Source: a bacterium (lineage in GTDB: Bacteria > UBA8248). Taken from it: 64,000 nucleotides of DNA. Made by a program: the position numbers and the translations under genes. The notes under the pieces are model-generated. The model saw nothing but the letters and a program-made list of their open reading frames with translations. It was not told the DNA's origin and ran no database searches. Location of the stretch: assembly GCA_965207065.1 (NCBI GenBank), contig OZ242260.1, positions 864,001-928,000 on the forward strand, read 5' to 3'. This document shows, piece by piece, positions 9,489 through 19,537 of the stretch; position 1 is the first letter of the stretch, and every line of letters starts with the position of its first letter.

Positions 9489-10910
9489 TCACGCCCCCAC
9501 GGGGGGCCGTTCGTTCCTGAGTTCTGGCGTCGCTTCTTCATAGGCGTGGGCCACGCGCAGGACGTCGGTCTCGCGCCAGGGGCCGCTCGCGATCTGGAGA
9601 GAGGTCGGCATGCCCTCCGAATTCCGGCCCATCGGCGTGACGAGCGCCGGGAAGCCCGTGGCGTTGTGCGGCGCGAGAAACGGCCTGTGGATGTTCTTGT
9701 AGGATACGTCCCGCCCGTTCATCCGGACGGTGAGCGTCTCTATCGGCGGGGCGACGCAGGGCATGGCGGGCTGGATGAGGGCGTCGGCGCCTTCAAAGAA
9801 CGCGGCGACCTCGCGCTGGGCCAGAACGCGTTCTCTCATCGCGCGCACGTAATTATCCGGCGCGATCTGGAACGACCACTCAATGCGCTCGCGCACGTCC
9901 GCCCCGTAGCCATCCGGGTTTTCTTCGAAAAACGGCCTGTGGAATTCGCTGAACTCAGGCCCCGAGATGAGGGGGAAGAAATCCATGAGCCTCTGGTGGT
10001 GCGCGAAGGATACCTCTTCCACCACAGCACCCAGGGCGCGGAACACCTCCACCGCCGCCTCGAACGCCGCCGTGACCTCCGAATCCACCTCGGCATGACC
10101 GTGAAAATCCGGGCAGACGAGGATGCGGCTGCCGCGCACGCCGTCCTCGATACTCGCAGTGTAGTCGGGAACGGGGATATTTTGGCACTTGGAATCCCGG
10201 GCGTCATAACCCGCCACCGCCTGAAGCATTATTCCTGCGTCGCGCGCCGTGCGCGTCATGGGCCCCGCATGGTCGAGACTCAGGGCGTTGGGGCAGATGC
10301 CCCGAATGCTCACCCGGCCGTGGGTCGTCTTGAAGCCCACCCCCCCGCACAGGGAAGCGGGGTTTCTGATGGAGCCGCCCGTATCCGTGCCGATGGCCGC
10401 GGGCGCAAGCCCCGCCGCACACGCCGCCCCAGAGCCGCCGCTCGAACCGCCGACGATGCGCTCGGTGTCCCAGGGGTTTCGCACGGTGCCGTAGTGCGGG
10501 TTGATGCTCACCGCCGCGGCGGCGAACTCGTGCGTGACCGTCTTGCCGAGCATGACGGCGCCCGCGTCCTTCAAGCGCCTGATGATCTCCGCATCCTCGC
10601 GGGGCACGTTGTCACGGTGAAAGGAAGAACCGTGGGTGGTGAGCACGCCCGCCGTCTCGACAATGTCCTTCGCCCCGTAAGGAACACCGTGCATGGGGCC
10701 GCGCCACTGGCCACCGGCTATCTCGGCCTCGGCGGACTTCGCCGCTTCCATGGCGAGTTCGGCCGTCACCGTCTGGTAGGCGAACAGCCTGGGGTTCACC
10801 GCCTCGATGCGCCTGAGGTGCGCTTCCGCCACCTCGACGGGGGAGATTTCCTTCTTGCGAATCATCCCCGCCAGATCGTGAATGCTCGTGAAGCAAAGGT
10901 CATCACTCAT
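9489..10910 (-). CDS. Amidase signature family protein (in frame with upstream mqnA)
   Basis: GVPYGAKD, GGSSGGS and GTDTGGSIRNPA motifs; AAGGAGG RBS precedes ATG at 10910. Confidence 0.9.
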   Translation of the reverse strand: MSDDLCFTSIHDLAGMIRKKEISPVEVAEAHLRRIEAVNPRLFAYQTVTAELAMEAAKSAEAEIAGGQWRGPMHGVPYGAKDIVETAGVLTTHGSSFHRDNVPREDAEIIRRLKDAGAVMLGKTVTHEFAAAAVSINPHYGTVRNPWDTERIVGGSSGGSGAACAAGLAPAAIGTDTGGSIRNPASLCGGVGFKTTHGRVSIRGICPNALSLDHAGPMTRTARDAGIMLQAVAGYDARDSKCQNIPVPDYTASIEDGVRGSRILVCPDFHGHAEVDSEVTAAFEAAVEVFRALGAVVEEVSFAHHQRLMDFFPLISGPEFSEFHRPFFEENPDGYGADVRERIEWSFQIAPDNYVRAMRERVLAQREVAAFFEGADALIQPAMPCVAPPIETLTVRMNGRDVSYKNIHRPFLAPHNATGFPALVTPMGRNSEGMPTSLQIASGPWRETDVLRVAHAYEEATPELRNERPPVGA

Positions 10911-11738
10911 GTCGTCCTCCTTGGAGGCTGAGTTTTCCACTACCTCCACGTGTGCTACCACCTCATCGACGAAGCGGGGCTCCCAGCCATCGGACACAAG
11001 GCCGTCCTCGACGAGAAGATGATAATAACGCCCCAGGCCCTCCAGTTCCTCGTCGCCCACGTCGTAGCGGATGCACTCGGTGAGATAACACCACGCCGTG
11101 TTCCTGTCGACGCCGGGCGGAAGCGCGCCGTTCACGATCTCCTCTATCCGTCCGACGCCCTCTTTTTTCGCGTTCTGCAAAAGCGCTGCGGCCTCGGCGT
11201 TTCCCGCCCCCTGACGGAACACCCAGAGCGCATACACGAAGGGGAGTCCCGTGAAATTCTGCCACTCCTCGCCCAGGTCGAGCACGTAGTGATCACCCGG
11301 CGGTTCGCGCAGCGCGTTGTCGCCGATGAGCAAGAAGGCGTCGAGCGACTCGTCCGCCCGCGGTGGTTTGATCGGGTCGATTGGGACGAACTCGGGCTCC
11401 GCCCCCCAGCGGTGTTTCAGATAGACGCGCGCCATGTTCGTCGCGGCGAGCGACCAGCTATCCAGCCCCACGCGACGCAGCGAATCAGCCGGTTTCCGGC
11501 AATAGAGGCGGATGCTCTCCACCGGGCCTTTGCTCGCGATGCCCACACCGGGCGCGAAACGCGCGCCGCGCATCCCGAAAAGGGCGAACGAGGAGACGAG
11601 CGCGCCGTCGAGCTCTCCGCTCTCAAGCATTTCCGCCAGTTTCGAGGGGGGTTCGACGAGGAGTTCGACCGCCGGGTTTCCTTCCAGCGCAATCGTGAGG
11701 GGTCTGGCGTTCAGGAAGGGAACGGTGCCGAGTTTCAT
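10911..11738 (-). CDS. mqnA: Chorismate dehydratase MqnA; no stop codon before the amidase
   Basis: LGTVPFLNARPL, GPVESIRL, LLIGDNAL and DLGEEWQNFTGLPFVYALW motifs; immediately follows mqnE. Confidence 0.85.
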
Positions 11739-11746
11739 GGTGGTGC

Positions 11747-12886
11747 TCAGGCGTGAACTGCCCATTGATCTCCCTGGCGCGTGACTTCCCGGTAGAGCGT
11801 GTCGCGCTCGATGGGCTCGCGCCCCACCTCGCGGATGAGGCGGCGGATGTCGTTCACGGTGAGTTCGTGCGGCGTCTTGGCGCCCGCCATGTGGTAGATC
11901 TTCTCCTGGACGACGGTGCCGTCCAGATCGTCCACGCCGAAGCGCTGCGAGATTTGCGCGACCGGCTGGCCCACCATGATCCAGTACGCCTTGATGTGGG
12001 GAATGTTGTCGAGCAGAAGGCGCCCGACAGCGTAGTTCCTGATGTCGAGCATCCCGCCCGTGGAGGGGATGTCGTCCATCTGCGTGTTCTCGGGATGAAA
12101 CGCGAGCGGGATGAAGGTGGTGAACCCGCCGGTCTCGTCCTGCAGGTCGCGGAGCCTGAGCATGTGGTCCACGCGATCCTCGTTCGATTCCACGTGGCCG
12201 TAGAGCATGGTGCACGTACTGCGGATGCCCTTGTTGTGGGCAATACGGTGGATCTCCAGCCAGTCCTCGCCCGAGTGCTTGCCCTTGCAGATTTTAGACC
12301 GCGTGGGTTCGGCGAAAATCTCCGCGCCGCCGCCCGTGAGCGAACCGAGCCCCGAGCGCACCAGGTGATCCAGCGTCTCCTCCACGCTCATCTTGGCAAT
12401 GTGATCGGCGAGAAAGCGGATCTCCGTGGCCGTGAAGACTTTGAGGTGCAGTTGCGGGTGAATCTCCTTGATGCCCTGGATCATCTCCAGATAGTAGTCG
12501 AAGGGCAGATCGGGATGAAGACCGCCCACCATGTGGAACTCGGTGCGGCCCCGGCCCAGCGTCTCCGCCATCTTGAAGATTTCTTCCAGCGAATAGGCAT
12601 AGGCGTCCTGCTGGCCTTCCTTCTTGCCGAACGCGCAGAACTTGCACGCCTTCCACAGCACGCAGATGTTCGAGTAATTGATGTGGCTGTTCACGTTGTA
12701 ATAGGTGCGGTTCCCGTGTAAGCGCTCGCGCACGACGTTCGCCAGGAAGCCTACGGCGTTCACGTCCTCGGCTTCGTAGAGGCGCACGCCCTCCTCGAAG
12801 GAAAGGCGCAGCCCCGCCTCGACTTTTTCGAGGATATCGCCCAGAGGGCCTCTCTGGACGCGCGAGCGCATGAAGTCGCGGTTCAT
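11747..12886 (-). CDS. mqnE: Aminofutalosine synthase (radical SAM)
   Basis: HMVGGLHP, GGGAEIF, TMLYGHVE, HIKAYW and DLDGTVVQEKIYHMAGA. Confidence 0.9.
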   Translation of the reverse strand: MNRDFMRSRVQRGPLGDILEKVEAGLRLSFEEGVRLYEAEDVNAVGFLANVVRERLHGNRTYYNVNSHINYSNICVLWKACKFCAFGKKEGQQDAYAYSLEEIFKMAETLGRGRTEFHMVGGLHPDLPFDYYLEMIQGIKEIHPQLHLKVFTATEIRFLADHIAKMSVEETLDHLVRSGLGSLTGGGAEIFAEPTRSKICKGKHSGEDWLEIHRIAHNKGIRSTCTMLYGHVESNEDRVDHMLRLRDLQDETGGFTTFIPLAFHPENTQMDDIPSTGGMLDIRNYAVGRLLLDNIPHIKAYWIMVGQPVAQISQRFGVDDLDGTVVQEKIYHMAGAKTPHELTVNDIRRLIREVGREPIERDTLYREVTRQGDQWAVHA

Positions 12887-13034
12887 GGTTCACCTTCTAC
12901 TTTTTCGTCTCATCGGAGAATCAATCCAGCCGGTGACGCACGGGCGCATTCTGGAGGCTGGAGGGGGGGATGTCAACGCGGGGTGGGGGTGGTACGCAGC
13001 CCACACATACTCTCCTTCGCTCCCTTACAACCCA

Positions 13035-13913
13035 TCACTCGCCGAAAAAATACTTCACGCCGAGCATCACGGAGAAGTGGTTCATGCCGCTGATCGTGGT
13101 GAAGTTGGAGAGGCCGGGGACCGGGTGGAAATCGTAGTCGCCTTTGACGTCCTCCATGTCGCCCACCATGGAGTAGGTGAGCTTGAGGCCGAGCAGCACC
13201 TTGTCGCTCGCGCGGTAGTCGAGGCCGGCATGCAGATGCGCGGACAAGACGGTGTCGGTCAGGTCCTCGTTCTGGCGGCCGTCGTACTGCTCGGGCATAT
13301 CGCAATCCATTGCCGGATTCTTGCACGAGTAGCGCGCCTCGAAATACACGCCCGAGAGCTCGACGAAGGAAACGCCCACGCCCGCGCCCACGTAGGGCGT
13401 GAAGCGGCTTCCCGCGATGGAAAAGTCGTAGTAGGCGTTCAGCGAGAGGGTGCGCGTCGTCAGATCGTCAATACTGGCGTTGGCCTCGCTTTGATAATTG
13501 CTCACCGGGCGGGCCATGATGCGCGCGCCGTCCAGATAGGTGATGTCGGTGAATTTCTGCTCGACGTCGTTTTTCCGCTGGGCCAGCCCCAGTTCCAGGC
13601 GAAAATCGCCGAAGGTGCGGCCGACGGAAATCTCGAGCGCCGCGCCGTCGTCCGCATCCAGATCATAGAACCACCGGTAGCCCTCGGGCGCGCCGCCGGC
13701 GAGGTGGCTGCAGTCGTCTTCGGGGTAGCAGATGTTGTCCCGGTTATGGCCCGCCTGCTCGATCCCCGAAGCCTTGTTGATCCCGATGCTCGCTCCCACG
13801 TACCAGCCCGAAGGCTTCGCCTCCTGGGCGGCGCTCGCACCCGCCGCGACGAGAATCGCGCATACCGCCAGCACAGCTATGATGACACAGAATTTCCCGG
13901 GTGATGCTCTCAT
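13035..13913 (-). CDS. Outer-membrane beta-barrel protein (opacity/OmpA-like)
   Basis: Signal peptide; LNAYYDF, FTPYVGAGVG; aromatic C-terminal strand. Confidence 0.8.
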   Translation of the reverse strand: MRASPGKFCVIIAVLAVCAILVAAGASAAQEAKPSGWYVGASIGINKASGIEQAGHNRDNICYPEDDCSHLAGGAPEGYRWFYDLDADDGAALEISVGRTFGDFRLELGLAQRKNDVEQKFTDITYLDGARIMARPVSNYQSEANASIDDLTTRTLSLNAYYDFSIAGSRFTPYVGAGVGVSFVELSGVYFEARYSCKNPAMDCDMPEQYDGRQNEDLTDTVLSAHLHAGLDYRASDKVLLGLKLTYSMVGDMEDVKGDYDFHPVPGLSNFTTISGMNHFSVMLGVKYFFGE

Positions 13914-14018
13914 TTCGTCCTCTCCTGCTCGATGTTGGATGATTCGGATACCCTCGTGGTGAACGATTCCATAGCCCGGGGGATTAAGCGCGTCATGAGC
14001 AATCGATACACAACGCCA

Positions 14019-14882
14019 TCAGGCCGGATTTTTCGAAAGCCGCTCTATCTTCACCTCGGTGGTGAGCTCCGAGTCGCCGTTTCCCCGGAACACGCCCCGG
14101 CTCGGGGGCACGTCCGCGTAATCCCGGCCCACCGCCACGCGGACGTGGCGCTCGTCTCCCTCGGTGTTGTTCGTCGGGTCGAAGCCGACCCACCCCACGC
14201 CCGGAAACCAGCACTCCACCCAGGCGTGGCTCTCGCCCGTGGCCTCGCCTTCGATTTCGGGCCCCAGGTAACCCGACACGTAACGGCACGGAACCCCCCA
14301 GCCGCGCACGATCGAGGCCATCACGTGCGCGTAGTCCTGGCAGACGCCCCGCCCGGTCTCCAGGATGTCCTCGATGGGCGAATCGACCTGGGTATGGCCC
14401 GGTATGTACTCGAAGACGTCGTTGAGTTTGGCGCAGAGCTCGCGCGCGCCCACGAGGGGGTCGTCCCCCGGAGCGATGTCGTGTTTCGCCACGAACCTAT
14501 CGAGCGCGGGACTCGGGCGAGCGAAGAGGCTCGGGTGCGTCAGCGGCCAGAGCTCGGGCGTGCGGACGGCGCTGCGAAGCGCCTCCGAAGCGCCGGGTTC
14601 GAGCCCCTCGGGGGCGGAGGCCAAGGGACCCACCTCCACGCGCGAGTGCGCCCGCACCTCGAAGCGCGGGTGCGGGCGGGCGCGATCCAGAAAATGCGCC
14701 GTGTTGCCGAACGGGTCGGTGAACTCGAAGAACCGGCCCTCGGGGTCGGTGCGCAGCGAGAACTCATGCACGGTCTGGGCGCGGTCGCGAAGCGGGCACA
14801 AGTACAGCGTCATCACCGATGTCTGAACGGGCGTCTCGTAATCGAAGCGTATGGCGTGCTCGACCGTGTAGCTCACTATCAC
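14019..14882 (-). CDS. Transglutaminase-like protein
   Basis: GVCQDYAH, RYVSGY, SHAWVE, FDPTN and GRDYADV. Confidence 0.92.
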   Translation of the reverse strand: MIVSYTVEHAIRFDYETPVQTSVMTLYLCPLRDRAQTVHEFSLRTDPEGRFFEFTDPFGNTAHFLDRARPHPRFEVRAHSRVEVGPLASAPEGLEPGASEALRSAVRTPELWPLTHPSLFARPSPALDRFVAKHDIAPGDDPLVGARELCAKLNDVFEYIPGHTQVDSPIEDILETGRGVCQDYAHVMASIVRGWGVPCRYVSGYLGPEIEGEATGESHAWVECWFPGVGWVGFDPTNNTEGDERHVRVAVGRDYADVPPSRGVFRGNGDSELTTEVKIERLSKNPA

Positions 14883-15853
14883 GCCGGGATCTCCTCGGCC
14901 AGTGAGCGGTGGACGTAAGCCGCCATCGCCAGGTCGTGGAGCTCACGGACGTCGCCCCCTATCGCGCGGAAGAATGCGCCCGCATCCACCTCGCCGGAAC
15001 CCGTCGCATCCATTTCGATGGCCGCCGTGAGTCGAAGCGCCATCCGGTGCGGCGGCGCGAGGGGAAAACGCGCGCCGAGCGGGTCGATTCCGTTCAGCAT
15101 TTCCTCGATGCGCTGCAGCGAGAAACGGAGCGAGCGGGGAAGCTCGGGATTGCGCGTCAGGAAACCGAGCACTTCTTCTTCGAGAATCTTCATCGAGTGG
15201 CGGCGGCAATAGATTTCATACGCGCGGCATATATGAAGCAAATCCGCCCACGAAAGCGCGGCGACGCCCCCCCTCGGATGCGCGAAATCGACCCATGCCT
15301 CAAGGAGTGCGGCCTGGTGCTGCGCCCGCTCGATGAAGCGGCCCAGTTCCAGAAAGCGCCAGGCATCGTCGCGCGGCATCGTCGAGTGCACCACGCCCGC
15401 GAACAGCCGCATGCGGTCGATGATATCGAGCGCGAGCCGAGCCGGCGCCTGCTCCCATTCCCGGGCGAAATTCACCTCGCGCATCCAGAGATAGCCCTGG
15501 TTGAGCCGCGTCCATATCGCAAGCGGAAGCTGCGCACGGACGCGCTGTCCGTTCTCGCGCGCCTGACTCCAGCACGAGAGGATGGAATCGGGGTTCGCTC
15601 CCTCCTCCACGAGGCTGCCCGCAAGGGTATAGGCGTCGGGAATCAGATACACCTCGGCCTCCTCAGCGCCCGCCGTCGCGCCGGGCGGGGGCTGGCCCAG
15701 CGACCGATAAATCGCCGCCCAACCGACGGCCAGTTCATCGGCGGGCCGGTCGACAAGCCGGTTGAGCTGGTATTCCAGAAGACGCGCCGTCTGTTCGACA
15801 CGCTCGACGTAGCGGCCCATCCAGTAGAAATCTGCGGCGACCCGAGCCAGCAT
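14879..15853 (-). CDS. Alpha-E domain protein (DUF403)
   Basis: MLARVA..YWMGRYVER, GRFIERA and PRSLRF ER motifs. Confidence 0.9.
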   Translation of the reverse strand: MLARVAADFYWMGRYVERVEQTARLLEYQLNRLVDRPADELAVGWAAIYRSLGQPPPGATAGAEEAEVYLIPDAYTLAGSLVEEGANPDSILSCWSQARENGQRVRAQLPLAIWTRLNQGYLWMREVNFAREWEQAPARLALDIIDRMRLFAGVVHSTMPRDDAWRFLELGRFIERAQHQAALLEAWVDFAHPRGGVAALSWADLLHICRAYEIYCRRHSMKILEEEVLGFLTRNPELPRSLRFSLQRIEEMLNGIDPLGARFPLAPPHRMALRLTAAIEMDATGSGEVDAGAFFRAIGGDVRELHDLAMAAYVHRSLAEEIPA

Positions 15854-15998
15854 GATTCCTCTCCTTCATCATCCAGTGATTCCCGCAGGGGAGAACACAT
15901 GAGAAGCGGCGCGAGGCCGCGGGGGCCCCAACCTCATTTTATAACAACCCCCTTCGCCGAAACCAGATTTTTTCCGTAGTGGTCAATCCCGACCGAAT

Positions 15999-16317
15999 GG
16001 GGGTTGTGGAAAAAAATCCCATAAAGCAAGGAATGGATTTTTCAATCGACATACGCATTATGAAACCACTCCCACATTTACAGAGCGCCAAACAACCACT
16101 CCCCCCTTGAGGGGGAGTCAGTGAACTGAGGGCGAAAGCCCGAAAGTGAACTGGTGGGGGGTATAATTCGGAATGGCAAGAAAACGCATTTTACCCCCCA
16201 CCGATTCAGCCTTCGCAAATACCGCTCGGCTTCATCGACTCCCCCTCAAGGGGGGAGTGAACTTCAAAAGCGTGCACGCAACCCAAAATTGCTTCCCGGG
16301 TCTTTTGCAACAACCCC
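15999..16317. repeat. MITE-like element with GGGGTTGT(T/G)GAAAAA-type terminal inverted repeats
   Basis: ggggttgtggaaaaa ... ttttgcaacaacccc; internal ctccccccttgagggggag palindromes; segments shared with 3211, 30091 and 32121. Confidence 0.7.
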
Positions 16318-16413
16318 GTATGTCAGTCATATATGTCTGACCCTAAATCCGGGTCGGCAATCAAAATAACACGCGGGGGCGGACACATAGGTCCGCCCCT
16401 ACCCTACTCTACC

Positions 16414-17889
16414 CTACCTCTCCAGCACCCAGATGTCCTTACACCCCCCGCCCTGGCTCGAATTCACCACGAGGCTGCCGCGCTTGAGCGCGACGCGGCA
16501 CAACCCGCCCGGAACCACGTGCTGCTCCTCGCGCCCCTGCAACACGAAGGGCCGCAGGTCCACGTGGCGCGGCTCGATGCCCCCATCGACGAAGCAAGGC
16601 GAGCGCGAGAGCGCGAGCGTGGGCTGTGCGATGAAGTTCGCAGGATCCGCGCGCAGCCGCTCGGCGAATTCCGCACGCTCCGCCGCCGTGGAGTGGGGGC
16701 CGACCAGCATCCCGTAGCCGCCCGAACCGCCGACTTCCTTCACCACCAGGTCGCCCAGATGCTCCAGCGTATAGGCCAGCCCCTCGGGTTCGCGGCAAAG
16801 GTGCGTCTCGACGTTGGCGAGTATCGGCTCCTCGCCCAGGAAATAACGGATGATTTGAGGCACGTAGGCGTAGATGCTCTTATCGTCCGCCACGCCGGTC
16901 CCCGGCGCGTTGGCGAGCACGAGGTTCCCCGCACGGTAGGCGTGGAAAAGCCCCGCCGCGCCCAGGAACGAATCGCCCCGGAACGTGACGGGATCGAGAA
17001 AATCATCGTCCACACGGCGGTAGAGCACGTCGATGCGGCGAAGCCCCGCCGTCGTGCGCGCGTACAACCCGGCGTCGCGCACGAGCAGGTCCTGGCCCTC
17101 GACGAGGTCGACGCCCATCTCGCCCGCGAGGAAGGCGTGCTCGTAGTAGGCGGAGTTGAAGATGCCGGGCGTGAGCACCGCCACGTTCGGCTCCCTCGGC
17201 GAGTGGCCCAGGGAGACGAGCGTGGAATAGAGGTGTTCGGCGTAATCGGCCACCTCGCGCACCCGGTGCTCGCGGTAGAGCCTGGGCAGCACGTCCTTGA
17301 TGGCGTTTCGGCAGGCAAGCATGTAGGAGACGCCCGAGGGTACGCGCAGGTTGTCCTCCAGGACGGCGAACCCATCGTGGGTGCGGACGATGTCGGTCCC
17401 GCACACGGCGACGTAGACGTCGTGAGGCACATTCAGCCCGCGCATCTCCATGCGGTATTGCGGACAGCCGAGCACGACGTCGATGGGAACGACCCCCTCG
17501 CGCAGGCACCGGCCCTCGTGATAGACGTCTTTCAAAAACATGTTGAGCGCCATCAGGCGCTGCTTGAGACCGCGTTCGACGTGGTCCCACTCCGCCGCCG
17601 TGAGCAGGCGCGGCACGCAGTCGATGGGGATGATCCGCTCGGTGGCTTCCTCGGCGTCGAGCACCGTGAAGGTGATGCCGTCATAGAGAAAGCGGCGGTA
17701 GACGCCCTCCTGGAGTTTGTCCAGATCCTCGGGCGTGAGTTCGGCGAGCGCGGTGTTCAGCCGCCCGCAAGACTCACGCGGACTGCCCTCTGAGTCGAAC
17801 ATCTCATCGTAAAAGCGCGAATCGAGATCGTATCCCGAAAAAGGCCCCTCGTCCTGCGCCGAGGCGAGCGGCTCCGCCCCCTTGTTCAT
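16414..17889 (-). CDS. Circularly permuted type 2 ATP-grasp protein
   Basis: VLEDNLRVPSGVSY, YRRVDDDFLDP, GTGVADDK and NSSQGGGCKDIWV; start approximate. Confidence 0.92.
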   Translation of the reverse strand: MNKGAEPLASAQDEGPFSGYDLDSRFYDEMFDSEGSPRESCGRLNTALAELTPEDLDKLQEGVYRRFLYDGITFTVLDAEEATERIIPIDCVPRLLTAAEWDHVERGLKQRLMALNMFLKDVYHEGRCLREGVVPIDVVLGCPQYRMEMRGLNVPHDVYVAVCGTDIVRTHDGFAVLEDNLRVPSGVSYMLACRNAIKDVLPRLYREHRVREVADYAEHLYSTLVSLGHSPREPNVAVLTPGIFNSAYYEHAFLAGEMGVDLVEGQDLLVRDAGLYARTTAGLRRIDVLYRRVDDDFLDPVTFRGDSFLGAAGLFHAYRAGNLVLANAPGTGVADDKSIYAYVPQIIRYFLGEEPILANVETHLCREPEGLAYTLEHLGDLVVKEVGGSGGYGMLVGPHSTAAERAEFAERLRADPANFIAQPTLALSRSPCFVDGGIEPRHVDLRPFVLQGREEQHVVPGGLCRVALKRGSLVVNSSQGGGCKDIWVLER

Positions 17890-17971
17890 ACAAGCCTCCA
17901 TCACACATTGAGTCACGAACAGGTTAACTGCGTTCGGGGCTTCGTTCAAGTTTTATGTTAGTGGCGATGCC

Positions 17972-18459
17972 TGTAGGGACAGGTCGCGACCTTGGGCCGC
18001 TCACAAGAACGGCCCCGACCCGGAACTGTTGAAAAAGCCCTTTCCGCCTCATCCTGAGTTGCGGCGAAGCCGCGTATCGAAGGATGCCCTCCTCGCCTCG
18101 GCGCGAGGCGTTCTACTCCCCTCGCCCTTCGATACAAACGCTCCTTTCTCAGTCGCGTTTTACCTTCGGCGGCTACTCAGGGTGAGGTCGATTCGGTATC
18201 CAAAAATGACGAGGGTTACGCGCTCGCTAGCAGAACCGGGTTTTTCAACAACCCCTTGAGGGTCGGGCCGACCCACTCCCCACTTGGTCGGGATGTCAAT
18301 ACTCGTGTAGGTAGCACTCCCTTCTTGGGAACGCTACATATTATGCGACCCGCATAGAGAAGACGAAAAGGCAGGGCCGCATAATATGCGGCCCCTACAA
18401 AACCGCCTACTCTCTAGTCGCGTAAAACACTCGTTTATCAGGGCTTTTTCAACAACCCC
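17972..18459. repeat. Cluster of REP and MITE-like repeats
   Basis: ctgttgaaaaag...tttttcaacaacccc enclosing the inverted pair cctcatcctgag..tatcgaagg / ccttcgata..ctcagggtgagg; REP gggccgcataatatgcggcccctac. Confidence 0.65.
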
Positions 18460-18498
18460 TCCCCGGTCGTCAAACGCTCCCTCATCAGTCGCGTTAGA

Positions 18499-18858
18499 CT
18501 ACTCACTCAGGACCTTGTCGGCCCATTCGACCAGGGCCACCAGGTCCGGCGGCGTCACGAAACGCGCGTTCTTGCCTTCGAGATCGGCTTCGGTGACCGC
18601 ACGGGCCCGCGCGCACGCCGTTCATATGTTGACGGGAATCGCGTGCTCAACAGTCTGCGCGAACGTCTCCCTGAGAGGCGGCCAGCCGACGGGCGTCACC
18701 GCGTTCATCACCTCGTCTTTCATGAGGTTCGCCGCCTCGCCCAGCAGAAACAGCCGCACCTCATGACCGGCCTCCGCAAATGCGTTCGCGTGCAGAAAGG
18801 CGAAGGACGCCTTGGTCGATTCGTCCGACCCCCAGGGACTCTTGATGAGGACTTTCAT
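18499..18858 (-). CDS. DsrE family probable selenoprotein (UxxC; TGA at 18622-18624)
   Basis: Reading through TGA gives IPVNI-U-TACARARAVTEADLEGKNARFVTPPDLVALVEWADKVLSE*, the normal DsrE C-terminus; GGAGG RBS. Confidence 0.85.
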
Positions 18859-19537
18859 GCGGGTGGTTCCTCCTTTCACGGTTGGGTGTGACTCCACATT
18901 CACCTGCAAACGCCGTCATGGCAAACCCATGCGCAATGGCAAGTATGCGTACACGCTACGGATTTACCGGGCGCTTCGGAAATACAGAAAACAGGGAAAA
19001 CCGCCAGGGAGGCCGCCTCCCTCAGAACAAGGGAAATCAGTTGAAAAAGCTGCTTAATTTTTTCCCCCTGGTGTTCCACACCAGAAAACAAGGATGCTTT
19101 TTAAAAGGCACGAATCACCGTTTCATGCCTGTCACATTCACTCAGAGAACCTTCACGATGTTCGGCTGTCTTCTTTCGCCCGATTGACCCGCCATATTCC
19201 CGGTGATACATTAAACGCATCTCATATCATCATACTTTTGACCACGCCATCATTGATCTATCCGCGATTTGCGAACCACGAAAAGGGGTTCTCGATGAAA
19301 GCGGTATATGCGTGGTTCTTCCCGGCACCTCGAGCCGGCGGCGACAGCAAATCCGATTACAAAGCAACCGAGCGGAAAACCGCCACCGGAGATCTTCCCA
19401 AGAGAAGAGTTTTCGGTTTCCCGTTGCGCCTTCGCTTCTCCGGCGTGTCGGAATGCGCATCCGGGAAGCCCAGCAACTACACGAAAGGCGCCGATGCGCT
19501 TTTCTTTTTCAGAACCCAGAGACAGGGGAGGTAAGCT

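Noticed and set aside
11739-12215. N-terminal extension of the 908-aa ORF
   Set aside because: Alternate frame of mqnE; MqnA motifs begin at 11738
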